A DNA stretch of 53,968 nt, from NCBI GenBank assembly GCA_965370805.1, contig CBDUVZ010000004.1, forward strand, positions 1 to 53,968, given 5' to 3'. Below, one piece after another: positions 1-9,638 of this stretch. A program made the translations under genes and the position numbers. Under the pieces are notes generated by a model that ran no database searches, was not told where the DNA came from, and worked only from the letters and a program-made list of their open reading frames with translations. This DNA comes from an uncultured bacterium. GTDB taxonomy: Bacteria; Hydrothermota; Tepidihabitantia; Tepidihabitantales; Tepidihabitantaceae. The stretch's first letter is position 1. Each line of letters opens with the position of its first letter.

Positions 1-1
1 C

Positions 2-1801
2 ATACCCTATGTACGTCCGATCTCGCTGCCGGTGTACCTGTGCGATTCGGTTCGAGCCCCCTCCCGCTACGAAGAGGAAGGTGAACTGGAATTCGACGAC
101 CGGCTTGTGTTCACAACAACCAGGGAAACTTACCAGTTCCCCATCGCCATGCAGGACCGCGAGCCGATTGACAAATTCACAGCGATGGTTGACGTTGCCC
201 TGCGCGGCGAACAGCGACTACCGGTTACTCAATTCCGCCGACGCCTGGAATCCGAGTTCGAATTCGGGACCCCGGACATCGACATGCTCCTCGATGTCTA
301 CCGCCGCATCAAGAAGATCGACGAAGCCGGCGAGAACGGCATCTGGGCGCGGTACATCAAGAACGCCTTTGCCCCGGTCTACGTCGGCAGATTCGACTTC
401 GTCATTGGCAACCCGCCCTGGATTCGGTGGGGATACCTGTCCGATGACTACCGGAAGAAAACCCTCAAGATGTGGCACCGGTACGGGCTGTTCTCGCTTA
501 AGGGCCACGAAACCCGACTCGGGGCCGGCGAGAAGGACTTCTCGATGCTCTTCACCTACGTCTGCGCGGACAAATACCTGAAGGACAAAGGAAAACTCGG
601 TTTTCTCATCACTATGGAGGTATTCAAGTCAAAAGGCGCAGGCGAGGGGTTCAGAGGGTTCGAACTGAAGGACAGCCGGGTTCCACTCAAGGTGCTCCGG
701 ATGGAAGACATGGTCGATCTGAAGCCATTCCGAGCGGCGAACAAAACGTCGATGTTCGTACTCCGAAAGGGAGAACGAACCCGGTATCCGGTGCCGGTGG
801 TGGAGTGGAAACGGAAAAAGGGAATCGGCCATATCCCGACCAACTGGGACCTGACCGCAGTCAAAAAGAACTCGGCCCGCAGCCGACTCATAGCCGTGCC
901 GGTCGATTCCGCAGTGTGTACGTCGTCGTGGCAGACCGCTGAATCCGACAGACTGAAGGAACTCGCGCCGCTCAAGGGCACTAACCCGTACAGAGCATAT
1001 CGTGGAGCCAGCACTGAACCCTACGGGGTTTTCTGGCTGGAAATCGAGGAGTTGCGCCCAGATGGCCTGCTGGTCGTTACCAACATGCATGAACGGGGAA
1101 AACGCGAGGTCAATCCGGTCACGGTGTCCATCGAGCCGGACCTGGTTCACCCCGCGGTTTCGGGTGGGGACATAAGCCGCTACGGCACAAAACGGCACGT
1201 CCACGTGCTGGTGTCACAGAATCCCGATACAAGAAAGCCGTATCCTGAGACTTGGATGCTCGACAACGTACCGCTCACTCATGCCTACCTGAACCAATTC
1301 AAGAAGACGCTCCTGTCACGTGGTTCCAAGCTACTCAGGGAGTTCGCGGAGAAAACCGAGTTCTACGCGATGTACGGCATCGGTCCGTACACAGTAGCGC
1401 CCTACCGGGTGGTCTGGAAGCGCATGGCCAGCAGAGTTGAAGCTGTAGTCCTATCCAAGATGAAAACACCATTCGGCACCAAGACTCTGATATCAACGGA
1501 CACAACCTCGCTCATCCCTACCAGGAGTCGACAAGAAGCCCACTATCTGTGCGCTATCCTGAACTCCGAAGTCGTTGACGCCTACATCCGGAGTTTCTCC
1601 TCCGCGGGTCGGGGCTTCGGCGCACCGTCGGTCATGTCGAATCTCGCTGTTCCCCGATTCGATACGGACATCTCGCTGCATAAGAAACTGGCGGACCTGT
1701 CCATGGAAGCTCACCGGCTGGTCAAGGCCGGCAGGCCGGTTGATAACGTACAGAAGCAGATAGACAAAGCAGCGCGGAAGCTATGGAATATCAAGTCCTG
1801 A
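2..1801 (+). CDS. Type IIG/Eco57I-like N6-adenine DNA methyltransferase with TaqI-C-like target recognition region (5' truncated by window)
   Basis: FDFVIGNPPW catalytic motif, GKLGFLIT, C-terminal HYLCAILNS; frame open back to position 2. Confidence 0.9.
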   Translation: MPYVRPISLPVYLCDSVRAPSRYEEEGELEFDDRLVFTTTRETYQFPIAMQDREPIDKFTAMVDVALRGEQRLPVTQFRRRLESEFEFGTPDIDMLLDVYRRIKKIDEAGENGIWARYIKNAFAPVYVGRFDFVIGNPPWIRWGYLSDDYRKKTLKMWHRYGLFSLKGHETRLGAGEKDFSMLFTYVCADKYLKDKGKLGFLITMEVFKSKGAGEGFRGFELKDSRVPLKVLRMEDMVDLKPFRAANKTSMFVLRKGERTRYPVPVVEWKRKKGIGHIPTNWDLTAVKKNSARSRLIAVPVDSAVCTSSWQTAESDRLKELAPLKGTNPYRAYRGASTEPYGVFWLEIEELRPDGLLVVTNMHERGKREVNPVTVSIEPDLVHPAVSGGDISRYGTKRHVHVLVSQNPDTRKPYPETWMLDNVPLTHAYLNQFKKTLLSRGSKLLREFAEKTEFYAMYGIGPYTVAPYRVVWKRMASRVEAVVLSKMKTPFGTKTLISTDTTSLIPTRSRQEAHYLCAILNSEVVDAYIRSFSSAGRGFGAPSVMSNLAVPRFDTDISLHKKLADLSMEAHRLVKAGRPVDNVQKQIDKAARKLWNIKS

Positions 1802-2613
1802 CGCGCGGAACCGACGCCTACCCCAAGCGGCTGCCGGAACGTCTGGGTAAGAACGCACCGGCCCAACTGTGCTTCCACGGCCCACTCTCCCTGCTCGACC
1901 GCTTCACAATGGCGGTCATCTGCGCGGACTCCATCGACGGGGAGGGCTTCATTGAAACCAACCAGTTGCTTTTCACCATCCGGGAATACGACCTGAACTA
2001 CATCGGCGGGTGGCACTCGATGATGGAGACCGAAATCTTCCGGCTCGGGCTGTTCCGCAGCAATTCGACCGTCACCCTGTTCACCGCCAAAGGGCTCCGG
2101 CACGAGACCTTCGAGTCGTACCTGCTCGACCGCTTCTATCCCCCGCTCCACGAGTTCCCGGAGCGCGAGGAGTACTTCCGCAGAGGAAGCGACGGGGAAC
2201 TCCTGGTTCTATCCGCCGTCGAGCCGGACGTCAGCCGTACCTCACGGAAGAACGTCATGGACAGAAACCGAATTGCCTGTGCGCTGGGCGATGTCGTGTT
2301 TGCACCCTTTGGCCCGAAGGGGTCGAAAACCTACCGGCTTGCGGCCGAAATCAAAGATGCCGGCTGGCCGGTCTTCACACTCGAGCATGAACTCTCCAGG
2401 GACCTGCACGAAATCGGCATTCCGGGACTCAACCGCAAAACGGTAGGTGGCTATCTTGAGGGTTTCGGCGCATCCCGCAACCCCAACCCGCCTCCTCGAC
2501 AGAATCGGAGACACAAGGTAGATAAGCCCGTGAAACCGAGCCGCAGAACGACAGGTATCCAGGAAGAAATTCCTTTCGTCTCGGACAAACCGTCGGACTC
2601 GGCTCAAACATAG
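1783..2613 (+). CDS. DprA/SMF-like (SLOG Rossmann-fold) protein
   Basis: YPKRL..AP..L..HG start and RNRIACALGDVV..GSKT segment typical of DprA; overlaps the MTase end by 19 nt. Confidence 0.75.
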   Translation: MEYQVLTRGTDAYPKRLPERLGKNAPAQLCFHGPLSLLDRFTMAVICADSIDGEGFIETNQLLFTIREYDLNYIGGWHSMMETEIFRLGLFRSNSTVTLFTAKGLRHETFESYLLDRFYPPLHEFPEREEYFRRGSDGELLVLSAVEPDVSRTSRKNVMDRNRIACALGDVVFAPFGPKGSKTYRLAAEIKDAGWPVFTLEHELSRDLHEIGIPGLNRKTVGGYLEGFGASRNPNPPPRQNRRHKVDKPVKPSRRTTGIQEEIPFVSDKPSDSAQT

Positions 2614-2873
2614 CCGGGTCCAGCTCGCATCTTCACCTTCTTTCTCCTTCCTGATGGACACTGAAACTGTTGGGAACGCCGCCCTGCTTCCGCCTGCCGA
2701 AATCGACGGTTCCCGGTCATCTCCACCGAATGCACGAGCTACCGCCTGCGCGACAGTACCGGAACCGGAGAAAAACCGAACTCCTGATTGAGCCGGCGGT
2801 TACGAGGTCCATAGACGCCGGAACATCTCCCGTCGTTTGTGGTGCCGGACCTCCCTCTCCCTTTCATGTGGGG

Positions 2874-3125
2874 GGTGACTTCCCTGGTGAGTTGGACCGG
2901 CAGGTATCCGGCCAGAATCGCCGCCAGCGGAGGATGAATAAGGACTGCCACAAGCGGTAGCAGGACCGGTTCCAGTCGCGTAAGCACCTGAGTTGCCAGG
3001 AGCTTATGCAGAGGGACGGCCAGTTGACCCGGCACCGTAGCCGGCAGGTGTGCCGCGAGTTGGACCTCCACAAGGACCGGCAGGTACGCCGGGAGTTGCG
3101 GCGTCAGGATTGCCGGCAGCCAGCC
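2874..3125. repeat. Degenerate 12-bp tandem array A (21 units)
   Basis: Units such as cggcaggtatcc, cggcaggtgtgc, cggcaggtacgc, cgtcaggattgc; A at unit position 5 in all 21 units. Confidence 0.8.
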
Positions 3126-3179
3126 GGCTCTTCACCCGAGACTGCGGCGCACGCAATGACAACGCCCGTCTGCGGTCTT

Positions 3180-3228
3180 GCCTTTTGCACTTTGGCTCTT
3201 GGCTCTTGCCTTCTGCCCTTTGCTCTAT
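3180..3228. repeat. Degenerate 7-bp tandem repeat (7 units)
   Basis: gcctttt gcacttt ggctctt ggctctt gccttct gcccttt gctctat. Confidence 0.75.
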
Positions 3229-3234
3229 GCTTCG

Positions 3235-4203
3235 TCAGATAGCTTCGATTGTCGAGGGTGGCTTCCGGGTTATGTTGTAAGTCACGCTAACCACGCCGGG
3301 CACTTCGGTGGTTATCCGGTCGCCGAGCTTCTCCAGAGTCTCATACGGAATCCTGGTCGGCGTTCCGGTCAGGGCGTCTTTGCTTTCCCAGCACCTGACT
3401 TCAATCTGGAGCCCGAAGTCCCGTTTTCCGTCCCGCAGTCCGGTCACCCGGTCCAGATGCAGTATCGCCAGGTACTGGAACGCCCCGCTGTCTGCAAGTT
3501 CCTGCTCGACAATCGCGGTCGCCTGCCGGACCGTTGCCACCCGTTCCGGTGTCACTTCACCGATTACCCGGGCCGCGAGTGCCGGACCCGGGAAGGGCGG
3601 CCGCCGGTAGATCTCCTCGGGCAGACCCAAAGCCCTGGCAACAGTCCTGATAGCTGTCTTCCGGAGCGGAAGCACGGGCTCGATGACTTTGTATCCGAAT
3701 TCCGCCTGGGTGTCGATGCCGAGTTGTTCGAGGATATTGTGCTGGCGCTTCACCCCGGCAAGCGTCTCTTCGACGTCGGTGTAGTTCGTGCCCTGCAGCA
3801 GATGTCTGGCCCCGCTCTCCCTGACCAGGCGACCGAACACGTCCTTGTAGAACGTCTGGGTTATCGCTTCCCGTTTCTGCTCCGGGTCGGTGAGCCCGCG
3901 CAGAGCGCCGAAGAAAGCATCCTCGGCCGGCACCAGTTCGACTTTCACCCCCATCTCTGCGAACAGCGCGACGATATGCTCCGGCTCCCCTTCTCTCATC
4001 AGCCCGTTGCTGACGAAGTACGTCTTGAGCCGGTCGCCGAGTGCCCGGTGCCCGAGCATGGTGACCGCGGCGGAATCCACCCCGCCGGACAGGGCGTTGA
4101 CCGCCAGCCCGTCGCCCACGGCCGTGGAGATCGCTTTTGCCGTCGCAGCGATGAACTCCTCGGGGTTCAGTTCTTCGGGCGTAATCTCTCTGGTATCCAT
4201 CAT
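3235..4203 (-). CDS. guaA: GMP synthase, stand-alone ATP-pyrophosphatase subunit (subunit B)
   Basis: LSGGVDS PP-loop, DPEQKR, LLQGT, PFPGPALAARV, YNIT.KPPSTIE; no glutaminase domain. Confidence 0.9.
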   Translation of the reverse strand: MMDTREITPEELNPEEFIAATAKAISTAVGDGLAVNALSGGVDSAAVTMLGHRALGDRLKTYFVSNGLMREGEPEHIVALFAEMGVKVELVPAEDAFFGALRGLTDPEQKREAITQTFYKDVFGRLVRESGARHLLQGTNYTDVEETLAGVKRQHNILEQLGIDTQAEFGYKVIEPVLPLRKTAIRTVARALGLPEEIYRRPPFPGPALAARVIGEVTPERVATVRQATAIVEQELADSGAFQYLAILHLDRVTGLRDGKRDFGLQIEVRCWESKDALTGTPTRIPYETLEKLGDRITTEVPGVVSVTYNITRKPPSTIEAI

Positions 4204-4285
4204 TCCTCCGGTTTGGTTGTTACGTTCTCCAGACTAGGTGGAATCGACCCCGGGTCAAGCGCGGAAACGCCGACCGGACCCGCGC

Positions 4286-4747
4286 CTACCTGTCCTTGCC
4301 GGTCACCGACCTGTTGTTGCGCCCGGCCCTGTTCTTGTCCCGGGCAACGAAACCGACCTGCCGGCCGGGCGCCGCGGCCGCATCCAGCACGTACCCGGCC
4401 GAGAGCATCGACACCACGTACTGGTTCAGACTGACGCCCTCCTGCTTTGCCGCCCGGGCCAGGCGTCGGTGCAAGGTGCCGGGCATCCGGACCACAAACC
4501 GGCCCGAGAACTCCCGCTGTTCTGAAGGCTCGGGGACGTCCAGCCCGGATGCGCATGCTTCCTCCAGCCACAACTGTCTCGCTTCTTCTATTGCGCCGAG
4601 CGCCTCTTCGGTCGTCTCGCCCTGTGACATGCATCCGGGCAGGTCCGGAATGAACACAAAGTACCCTCCCTGCTCCTGCTCAACGAGCTGCACCGGGTAC
4701 TTGAGACTCAGATACCGGTCAAGGTTTTTCCGATTGTCATTCTTCAT
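4286..4747 (-). CDS. hicB: HicB family antitoxin
   Basis: PDLPGCMSQGET..EA, FSGRFVVRMP..LH..L...A..EGVSLNQ. Confidence 0.92.
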   Translation of the reverse strand: MKNDNRKNLDRYLSLKYPVQLVEQEQGGYFVFIPDLPGCMSQGETTEEALGAIEEARQLWLEEACASGLDVPEPSEQREFSGRFVVRMPGTLHRRLARAAKQEGVSLNQYVVSMLSAGYVLDAAAAPGRQVGFVARDKNRAGRNNRSVTGKDR

Positions 4748-4985
4748 GCTGCTCCCCGGTCTTCAGACCCAGTATCCTCACTATCTCGGCCAGGTACGAA
4801 CGCTTCAGCTTCCGACCGTGCGTGGCAATTACCATCCGCCGGCCGTCGTCGCCGTAGATACGATGGCTGCCCCGGGTTCTGCGCAAGGTCCATCCGAAAT
4901 GCCCCAGCACTGCCTCCACCTCAGAGCAGAGCATATCTGCAGGCAGCGATATCAATCTCCGGACCAGCCTCTCAATCCTGCTCAA
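4737..4985 (-). CDS. hicA: HicA family toxin
   Basis: 82 aa, FGW...RGSHRIY motif, overlaps hicB. Confidence 0.88.
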   Translation of the reverse strand: MSRIERLVRRLISLPADMLCSEVEAVLGHFGWTLRRTRGSHRIYGDDGRRMVIATHGRKLKRSYLAEIVRILGLKTGEQHEE

Positions 4986-5035
4986 TGTGGGATGATACTA
5001 TATTTAGTATCGCCTGTCAACAGGATGCCCGACCG

Positions 5036-6376
5036 TCACTTCTGAGTCAGTTCCGGCCCGACTTCCATCGCCTGCCGAATTCCGGCACGATACCCGGCGA
5101 TGAACAGCCCGAACTCGGACATCCGTTCGGCCGGCACCTGCTCGTAGTGGCTCGGCAGGAATTCCAGCGGGTCAACCGGTTTCCCGTTCCGCCGAATCCC
5201 GAAGTCAAGATGGAACCCGGTCGAGAACCCGGTCGAACCGACGTAGCCGACAATCTGCCCTTTGCTGACCGTGCCGTCTTTCCTGACTCCCGGTCCGTAC
5301 CCACACAAGTGCGCGTAGTGTGACGTCGTGGTTCCATCCTTGTGCCGGACCCGCACCATCCGGCCGTATCCGCCGCTCCACTTCCGGACAGTAACGGTCC
5401 CGCCCGCAATCGCCCTGACCGGGGTCCGGTACGGCGCCGCGTAGTCCATGCCTTGATGCATGCGGCGTCTTCTGAGTATCGGGTGCATCCTCATCCCGAA
5501 GTCAGACGTCCTCCTGCCCGCCTGAATCGGTGGGTACTCAAGCGACTTGCCCAACGCCCGGCCATGCTCGTCGCAGTAGAAGCTGCCCCCGCCCGACTTG
5601 CGATACAGGAATCCCCGGGCGTCCACGGTCGCGCTCCGGTACCGGGCCGCCAGGATGTCCCCGAACCGGTAGAACGCCGAATCAACCGCCAGTTGCTCGA
5701 CCAGGACCTGGAACGAATCGCCTTCGCTCGTGCCTGCCGGGAACTCGACCTGGTTCCGCAGCACATCGGTGAAATCAACCACCAAGTGCGGGTCCGCTCC
5801 CGCATTGGTCATCGACTGCCACAGTGAACCCTTAACCGTCCCGAACAGCACTGCCCGGGCCGTGTCAACCGGCTGCATAACGAATGCCGCTTGGGCCCCG
5901 GCCGAATCGAACTCCACGTCATAGCTTGTAGCCAGGTCCAGGTAATACCTGATTCCAACCAGCACCGAATCGAGATACGTCAGCGTTACCGAATCGCCCG
6001 GATGCAACCGGCGGAAGTCGAAACCGGCCAGCTCAAGCGCACCCTGTGCCTGCTCTACCCGCTCCGGTTCCACCCCGAGCCGGGACAGGAGCGGGCCGAA
6101 CAGTTCGTTCCGGCGCAGGGTGTCGCCCCTGAAACTGCGGAGTTCGACCGCCAGGGACTCGACCGCAGCGGTATCCCCGGGCGCGACCGGCGCGGCATCG
6201 CCTGCTCGCGTCCGAATTGCGACGAAAACAAGCACGCCCCCAAGCATCACGATTGCCGACAGCACAACAAGCAACGCTGCGGTCCGGGTCAGCGGGTTCG
6301 GGTTTCCACCAGGCCAGCCGGTCCGGCGCTTACGGCCAAGTCCATTTCGCAGGGGAATGTGCTTGTCGGGTTTCAT
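5036..6376 (-). CDS. M23 family peptidoglycan endopeptidase (MepM-like)
   Basis: N-terminal TM, TS.FG.R.HP, HQGMD, YAHL, TGFHLDF zinc motifs. Confidence 0.92.
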   Translation of the reverse strand: MKPDKHIPLRNGLGRKRRTGWPGGNPNPLTRTAALLVVLSAIVMLGGVLVFVAIRTRAGDAAPVAPGDTAAVESLAVELRSFRGDTLRRNELFGPLLSRLGVEPERVEQAQGALELAGFDFRRLHPGDSVTLTYLDSVLVGIRYYLDLATSYDVEFDSAGAQAAFVMQPVDTARAVLFGTVKGSLWQSMTNAGADPHLVVDFTDVLRNQVEFPAGTSEGDSFQVLVEQLAVDSAFYRFGDILAARYRSATVDARGFLYRKSGGGSFYCDEHGRALGKSLEYPPIQAGRRTSDFGMRMHPILRRRRMHQGMDYAAPYRTPVRAIAGGTVTVRKWSGGYGRMVRVRHKDGTTTSHYAHLCGYGPGVRKDGTVSKGQIVGYVGSTGFSTGFHLDFGIRRNGKPVDPLEFLPSHYEQVPAERMSEFGLFIAGYRAGIRQAMEVGPELTQK

Positions 6377-6479
6377 GTACGAGCGTCAAGTCTAGCGGTC
6401 TCACGCCGGGAATCAACGGCCACTGCCCCAGGTTCTGCAAAGCGGCTTGACGCGCCGGAAGCGGGCGCTATCATATCGT

Positions 6480-7682
6480 ATGCCGTTATCGGAAACCGAT
6501 AATACCAAACCCGCGAGACCGAAGCGCAACGTATTCCTGCTCGGCATCGTCTCCCTGTTCAACGACCTGTCGAGCCAGATGATCTACCCGCTGGTTCCCG
6601 AATTCCTGACCAGCATCGGCGCGGGACCGGCGGTCATCGGCATCATCGAAGGCATCGCCGAAAGCACTGCAGCCCTGTTCCGAACCGTCTTCGGCCGGCT
6701 CTCGGACCGGTTCGGCAAGCGCAAGCCGTTCATTTTCCTCGGGTACGGACTGTCCGCGCTATCGAGGCCGTTCCTCTATCTTGCCCAGGCCTGGCCCGCG
6801 GTACTCGGGGTCAGGTTCTCGGACCGGGTCGGCAAAGCAATCCGGACCCCGGCAAGAGACGCCCTGATTTCCACTTCGGTTGACCCTTCGCGGAAAGGCC
6901 GGGCTTTCGGTTTCCATCGGGCCATGGACCGGGTCGGCGCGCTCGGCGGCCCGCTGCTCGCCATGCTCGTGCTTTCCCTGTCCAATAACAACATCCGGCT
7001 TGTCTTCCTGGTGTCGGTCATCCCGGTCGTGCTCTCGCTCTTCTTCATCAAGTTCGTCAGGGAAACCGGCCGGCGGCAAGGCGTGACCGCGGTTGAGAAG
7101 CGGAAACTGCGCAGCCCGGCATTCATTGCATTCCTGGTTTCCATTGTCGTATTCACCCTCGGCAATTCCTCGAATGCGTTCCTGATACTGCGGGCCCGGG
7201 AACTCGGACTGTCCATCATCCTCCTGCCGGCAATCTGGGTTGCGTACAACGCGGTCTGCACCATCTCCTCGCCGGTCTTCGGCTCCCTTTCCGACAAACT
7301 GGGACGGAAGCCGATTATCGTGGCGTCCTTCTTCTACTACGCCGCGGTCTATTTCTGCTTCGGCCTGGCCAACAGCCTCTGGGCAATCTGGTTCCTGTTC
7401 GCGGCGTACGGAATCTACTACGGGCTGTCCGAAGGCGTGTTCCGGGCCTACATCGCGGACCTGGTCACTCCGGAAAACCGGGCCACCGCCTATGGTCTGT
7501 TCAACACCGGCATCGGCCTGGCCCTTTTCCCCGCGTCTCTGCTCATGGGCGCAATCTGGACCCGGTTCGGCAGCAGGTGGGCATTCTTCACTTCGGCCGG
7601 ATTCAGCCTGCTCGGGTTCCTGGTATTCGTACTCAGCCTCGGGCTGCGCAAGCTCAAGACCACGGAGTCCGGCAATGACTGA
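6480..7682 (+). CDS. MFS transporter
   Basis: About 12 TM segments; GRLSDRFGKRK and GSLSDKLGRK motif A. Confidence 0.92.
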   Translation: MPLSETDNTKPARPKRNVFLLGIVSLFNDLSSQMIYPLVPEFLTSIGAGPAVIGIIEGIAESTAALFRTVFGRLSDRFGKRKPFIFLGYGLSALSRPFLYLAQAWPAVLGVRFSDRVGKAIRTPARDALISTSVDPSRKGRAFGFHRAMDRVGALGGPLLAMLVLSLSNNNIRLVFLVSVIPVVLSLFFIKFVRETGRRQGVTAVEKRKLRSPAFIAFLVSIVVFTLGNSSNAFLILRARELGLSIILLPAIWVAYNAVCTISSPVFGSLSDKLGRKPIIVASFFYYAAVYFCFGLANSLWAIWFLFAAYGIYYGLSEGVFRAYIADLVTPENRATAYGLFNTGIGLALFPASLLMGAIWTRFGSRWAFFTSAGFSLLGFLVFVLSLGLRKLKTTESGND

Positions 7683-7986
7683 CCGACTGGTGCGCGACTT
7701 CCTGCTCGGTTTCATCAAACTCCACATCCTGTACCACGCCGGCCGGGAACCGGTATACGGCCAGGAATTCAAGGCAGAACTGAAACGGCACGGGTACGAC
7801 ATCTCGTTCGGAACCCTGTACCCGATATTCCACCGGCTGGAAAGGAACGGCTATCTGAAAGTGGAACAGCGCAACGTCCGCGGCAAGGTCAGGAAATACT
7901 ACTCAGCAACCCGGAAAGGAAGGGCTGTCCTGAAGCGCTCCAAGACCAAGGCAAAAGAACTGTTCGACGAACTGTTCGAGACCTGA
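7675..7986 (+). CDS. PadR family transcriptional regulator
   Basis: YGQE, GTLYPIFHRLE, RKYY motifs; ATG overlaps the MFS end. Confidence 0.92.
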   Translation: MTDRLVRDFLLGFIKLHILYHAGREPVYGQEFKAELKRHGYDISFGTLYPIFHRLERNGYLKVEQRNVRGKVRKYYSATRKGRAVLKRSKTKAKELFDELFET

Positions 7987-8033
7987 GCCAGTCGGGTCAG
8001 GTCAGAAACGCGACCTCAATTCGCACCTCGCCG

Positions 8034-9638
8034 CTATCGCTGAATCACAACCTTGGCTGACTTCCCCTTCCCCGGTTGCAGGAAATAGACACCCGGAGCC
8101 AGACACCGGATGTCGTTCGCGCCCGGCTGCAGGTCCATCACCTTCCGGCCCATGGAGTTCAGAAGTGCGGATGTCGAATAGCGACTGGACTCCGGCAGCC
8201 TCAGCATCCCGCGCACCAGCGTCGGGTGCATCTCCGGCGTGATGCGTAAAGCGGCAGGCGTCCCGCGTTCCGCAATCCCGGGGACAACCACCGGCACGAA
8301 CTGGACAACAATCGGGTTGTGGGTTGCCGGACCTTCTTCCTGAACAAAGAACCCGGCAACCTCGTCAATCATGTACAGAATGCAGAGTGTATCCCGGCTC
8401 AGGAAGTCGATTACCGACGGGAACCGCTTGGAACTGGAATCCGGCTCCGTGATTCTCACCGCTTCCCGCCAGCTCGCGCCGTTGTTGTAGTTGTCCCGCG
8501 CGTAGAAGATATCGGCCCGGAGGTATTCGGTCTGTGGCTCCAGGTTCAGGGAATCAAACTGCTCCCAGGCAACGTAAAGCCCGCCGGATCGGTCCTCACC
8601 GATGCTCGGCCGGCCCGCATACAGGGCGTTGTACCCGACTCCCCCGCGAAGGTTCGCAGTATCGCAGCCGGCCCGGTGAATCCTCGACCACCGCGGGTCG
8701 TTCTCCCGGCACCAGTGCCACAGCTCAATCGGCATCATCCATCCCTGACCTCCAACAAACGGCGTGATGGCGGCGACGATATGGAATCGGTCGCGCCGGT
8801 CGTAGTGTGGAAACAGACCTGAGATGTAATACGAAGGCAAGGTGTCGCCTCCGAACGCCGGGGGCCAAGGCAGTTCCTGCGGCGGAAGCCAGGTCGTGCC
8901 GCCGTCGGTCGACTCGCAGTAGTAGCCCGGGTCCGGATTGCCCGTGCTGTTTGTCCAGGTCACCACCACCCGGAGGCTGACCTTGGATGCGGTGATGTGC
9001 TGGCCCGGAAAGCCCGGGTCCGGCTCGGGTGGCGGGATATGGGATGGCGGCTCCCAGTGGCACCAGGTCGTACACCGCGTATAGAACAACCTATTGCGGG
9101 TGGCGTCGAATGCCGCCGCGTGAATCCAACCATTGGACCCGACTGCAATCGCCGGCCACATGAATCCTTCAGGACCATCACAATACTCGAACACCCCACC
9201 CCCGGGCACCAAGTCCCGGGCAACCCCGAACCTGAGCGGAGACCCGTAGTGGGCCGAGATCAACCCCACCCCGGTCTCCGGGTCAACGTCAAGGTTACCG
9301 TATCCGCACCGCTCGGTGTACACGTTGACGCCGGACGCCATGTGGTCCGGGTCGATCCAACTCCATTCTCCGGTCGCGTAGTCGTAGTAGTTATATCCCA
9401 TGTTCCGGTCCGGAAACGTAGTTCCCGACATTGAGGCGGAGAACAGCCAGGCCGCGTGTACCCCGTGCCCCGGAGCGTTCACAATCATCCGGTGCGAAGG
9501 CCCGCACATTTGCCAGTCATAAATGGTGCCGCCGATGGTATCCACCCGCCCGATGTACGCCGAGTCGGTCTCACCCGCCTGCAGCAGCGAGCCGCCGGCC
9601 AGAACGCAGAGTGCCACGGCCATAATGATGTGCCTCAT
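8034..9638 (-). CDS. Secreted BNR/beta-propeller-like protein with T9SS type A-like C-terminal domain
   Basis: Signal peptide MRHIIMAVAL..., Asp-box STDGGTTW, tail GRKV..L.PG.NDI..L.PGVYF; ATGA overlap with TrmB stop. Confidence 0.75.
   Translation of the reverse strand: MRHIIMAVALCVLAGGSLLQAGETDSAYIGRVDTIGGTIYDWQMCGPSHRMIVNAPGHGVHAAWLFSASMSGTTFPDRNMGYNYYDYATGEWSWIDPDHMASGVNVYTERCGYGNLDVDPETGVGLISAHYGSPLRFGVARDLVPGGGVFEYCDGPEGFMWPAIAVGSNGWIHAAAFDATRNRLFYTRCTTWCHWEPPSHIPPPEPDPGFPGQHITASKVSLRVVVTWTNSTGNPDPGYYCESTDGGTTWLPPQELPWPPAFGGDTLPSYYISGLFPHYDRRDRFHIVAAITPFVGGQGWMMPIELWHWCRENDPRWSRIHRAGCDTANLRGGVGYNALYAGRPSIGEDRSGGLYVAWEQFDSLNLEPQTEYLRADIFYARDNYNNGASWREAVRITEPDSSSKRFPSVIDFLSRDTLCILYMIDEVAGFFVQEEGPATHNPIVVQFVPVVVPGIAERGTPAALRITPEMHPTLVRGMLRLPESSRYSTSALLNSMGRKVMDLQPGANDIRCLAPGVYFLQPGKGKSAKVVIQR

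Noticed and set aside
2-1801. This methyltransferase as the source of the RM 3'-end remnants
   Set aside because: Its C-terminus (QKQIDKAARKLWNIKS) does not match DRQIDELVYELYGL; the remnants fit the separate enzyme whose 5' fragment is at 41162-41476
2739-3242. ORFs across array A as real genes
   Set aside because: No RBS or start ahead of the array, and both periodic frames are cut by stops; open frames are expected in GC-rich period-12 DNA
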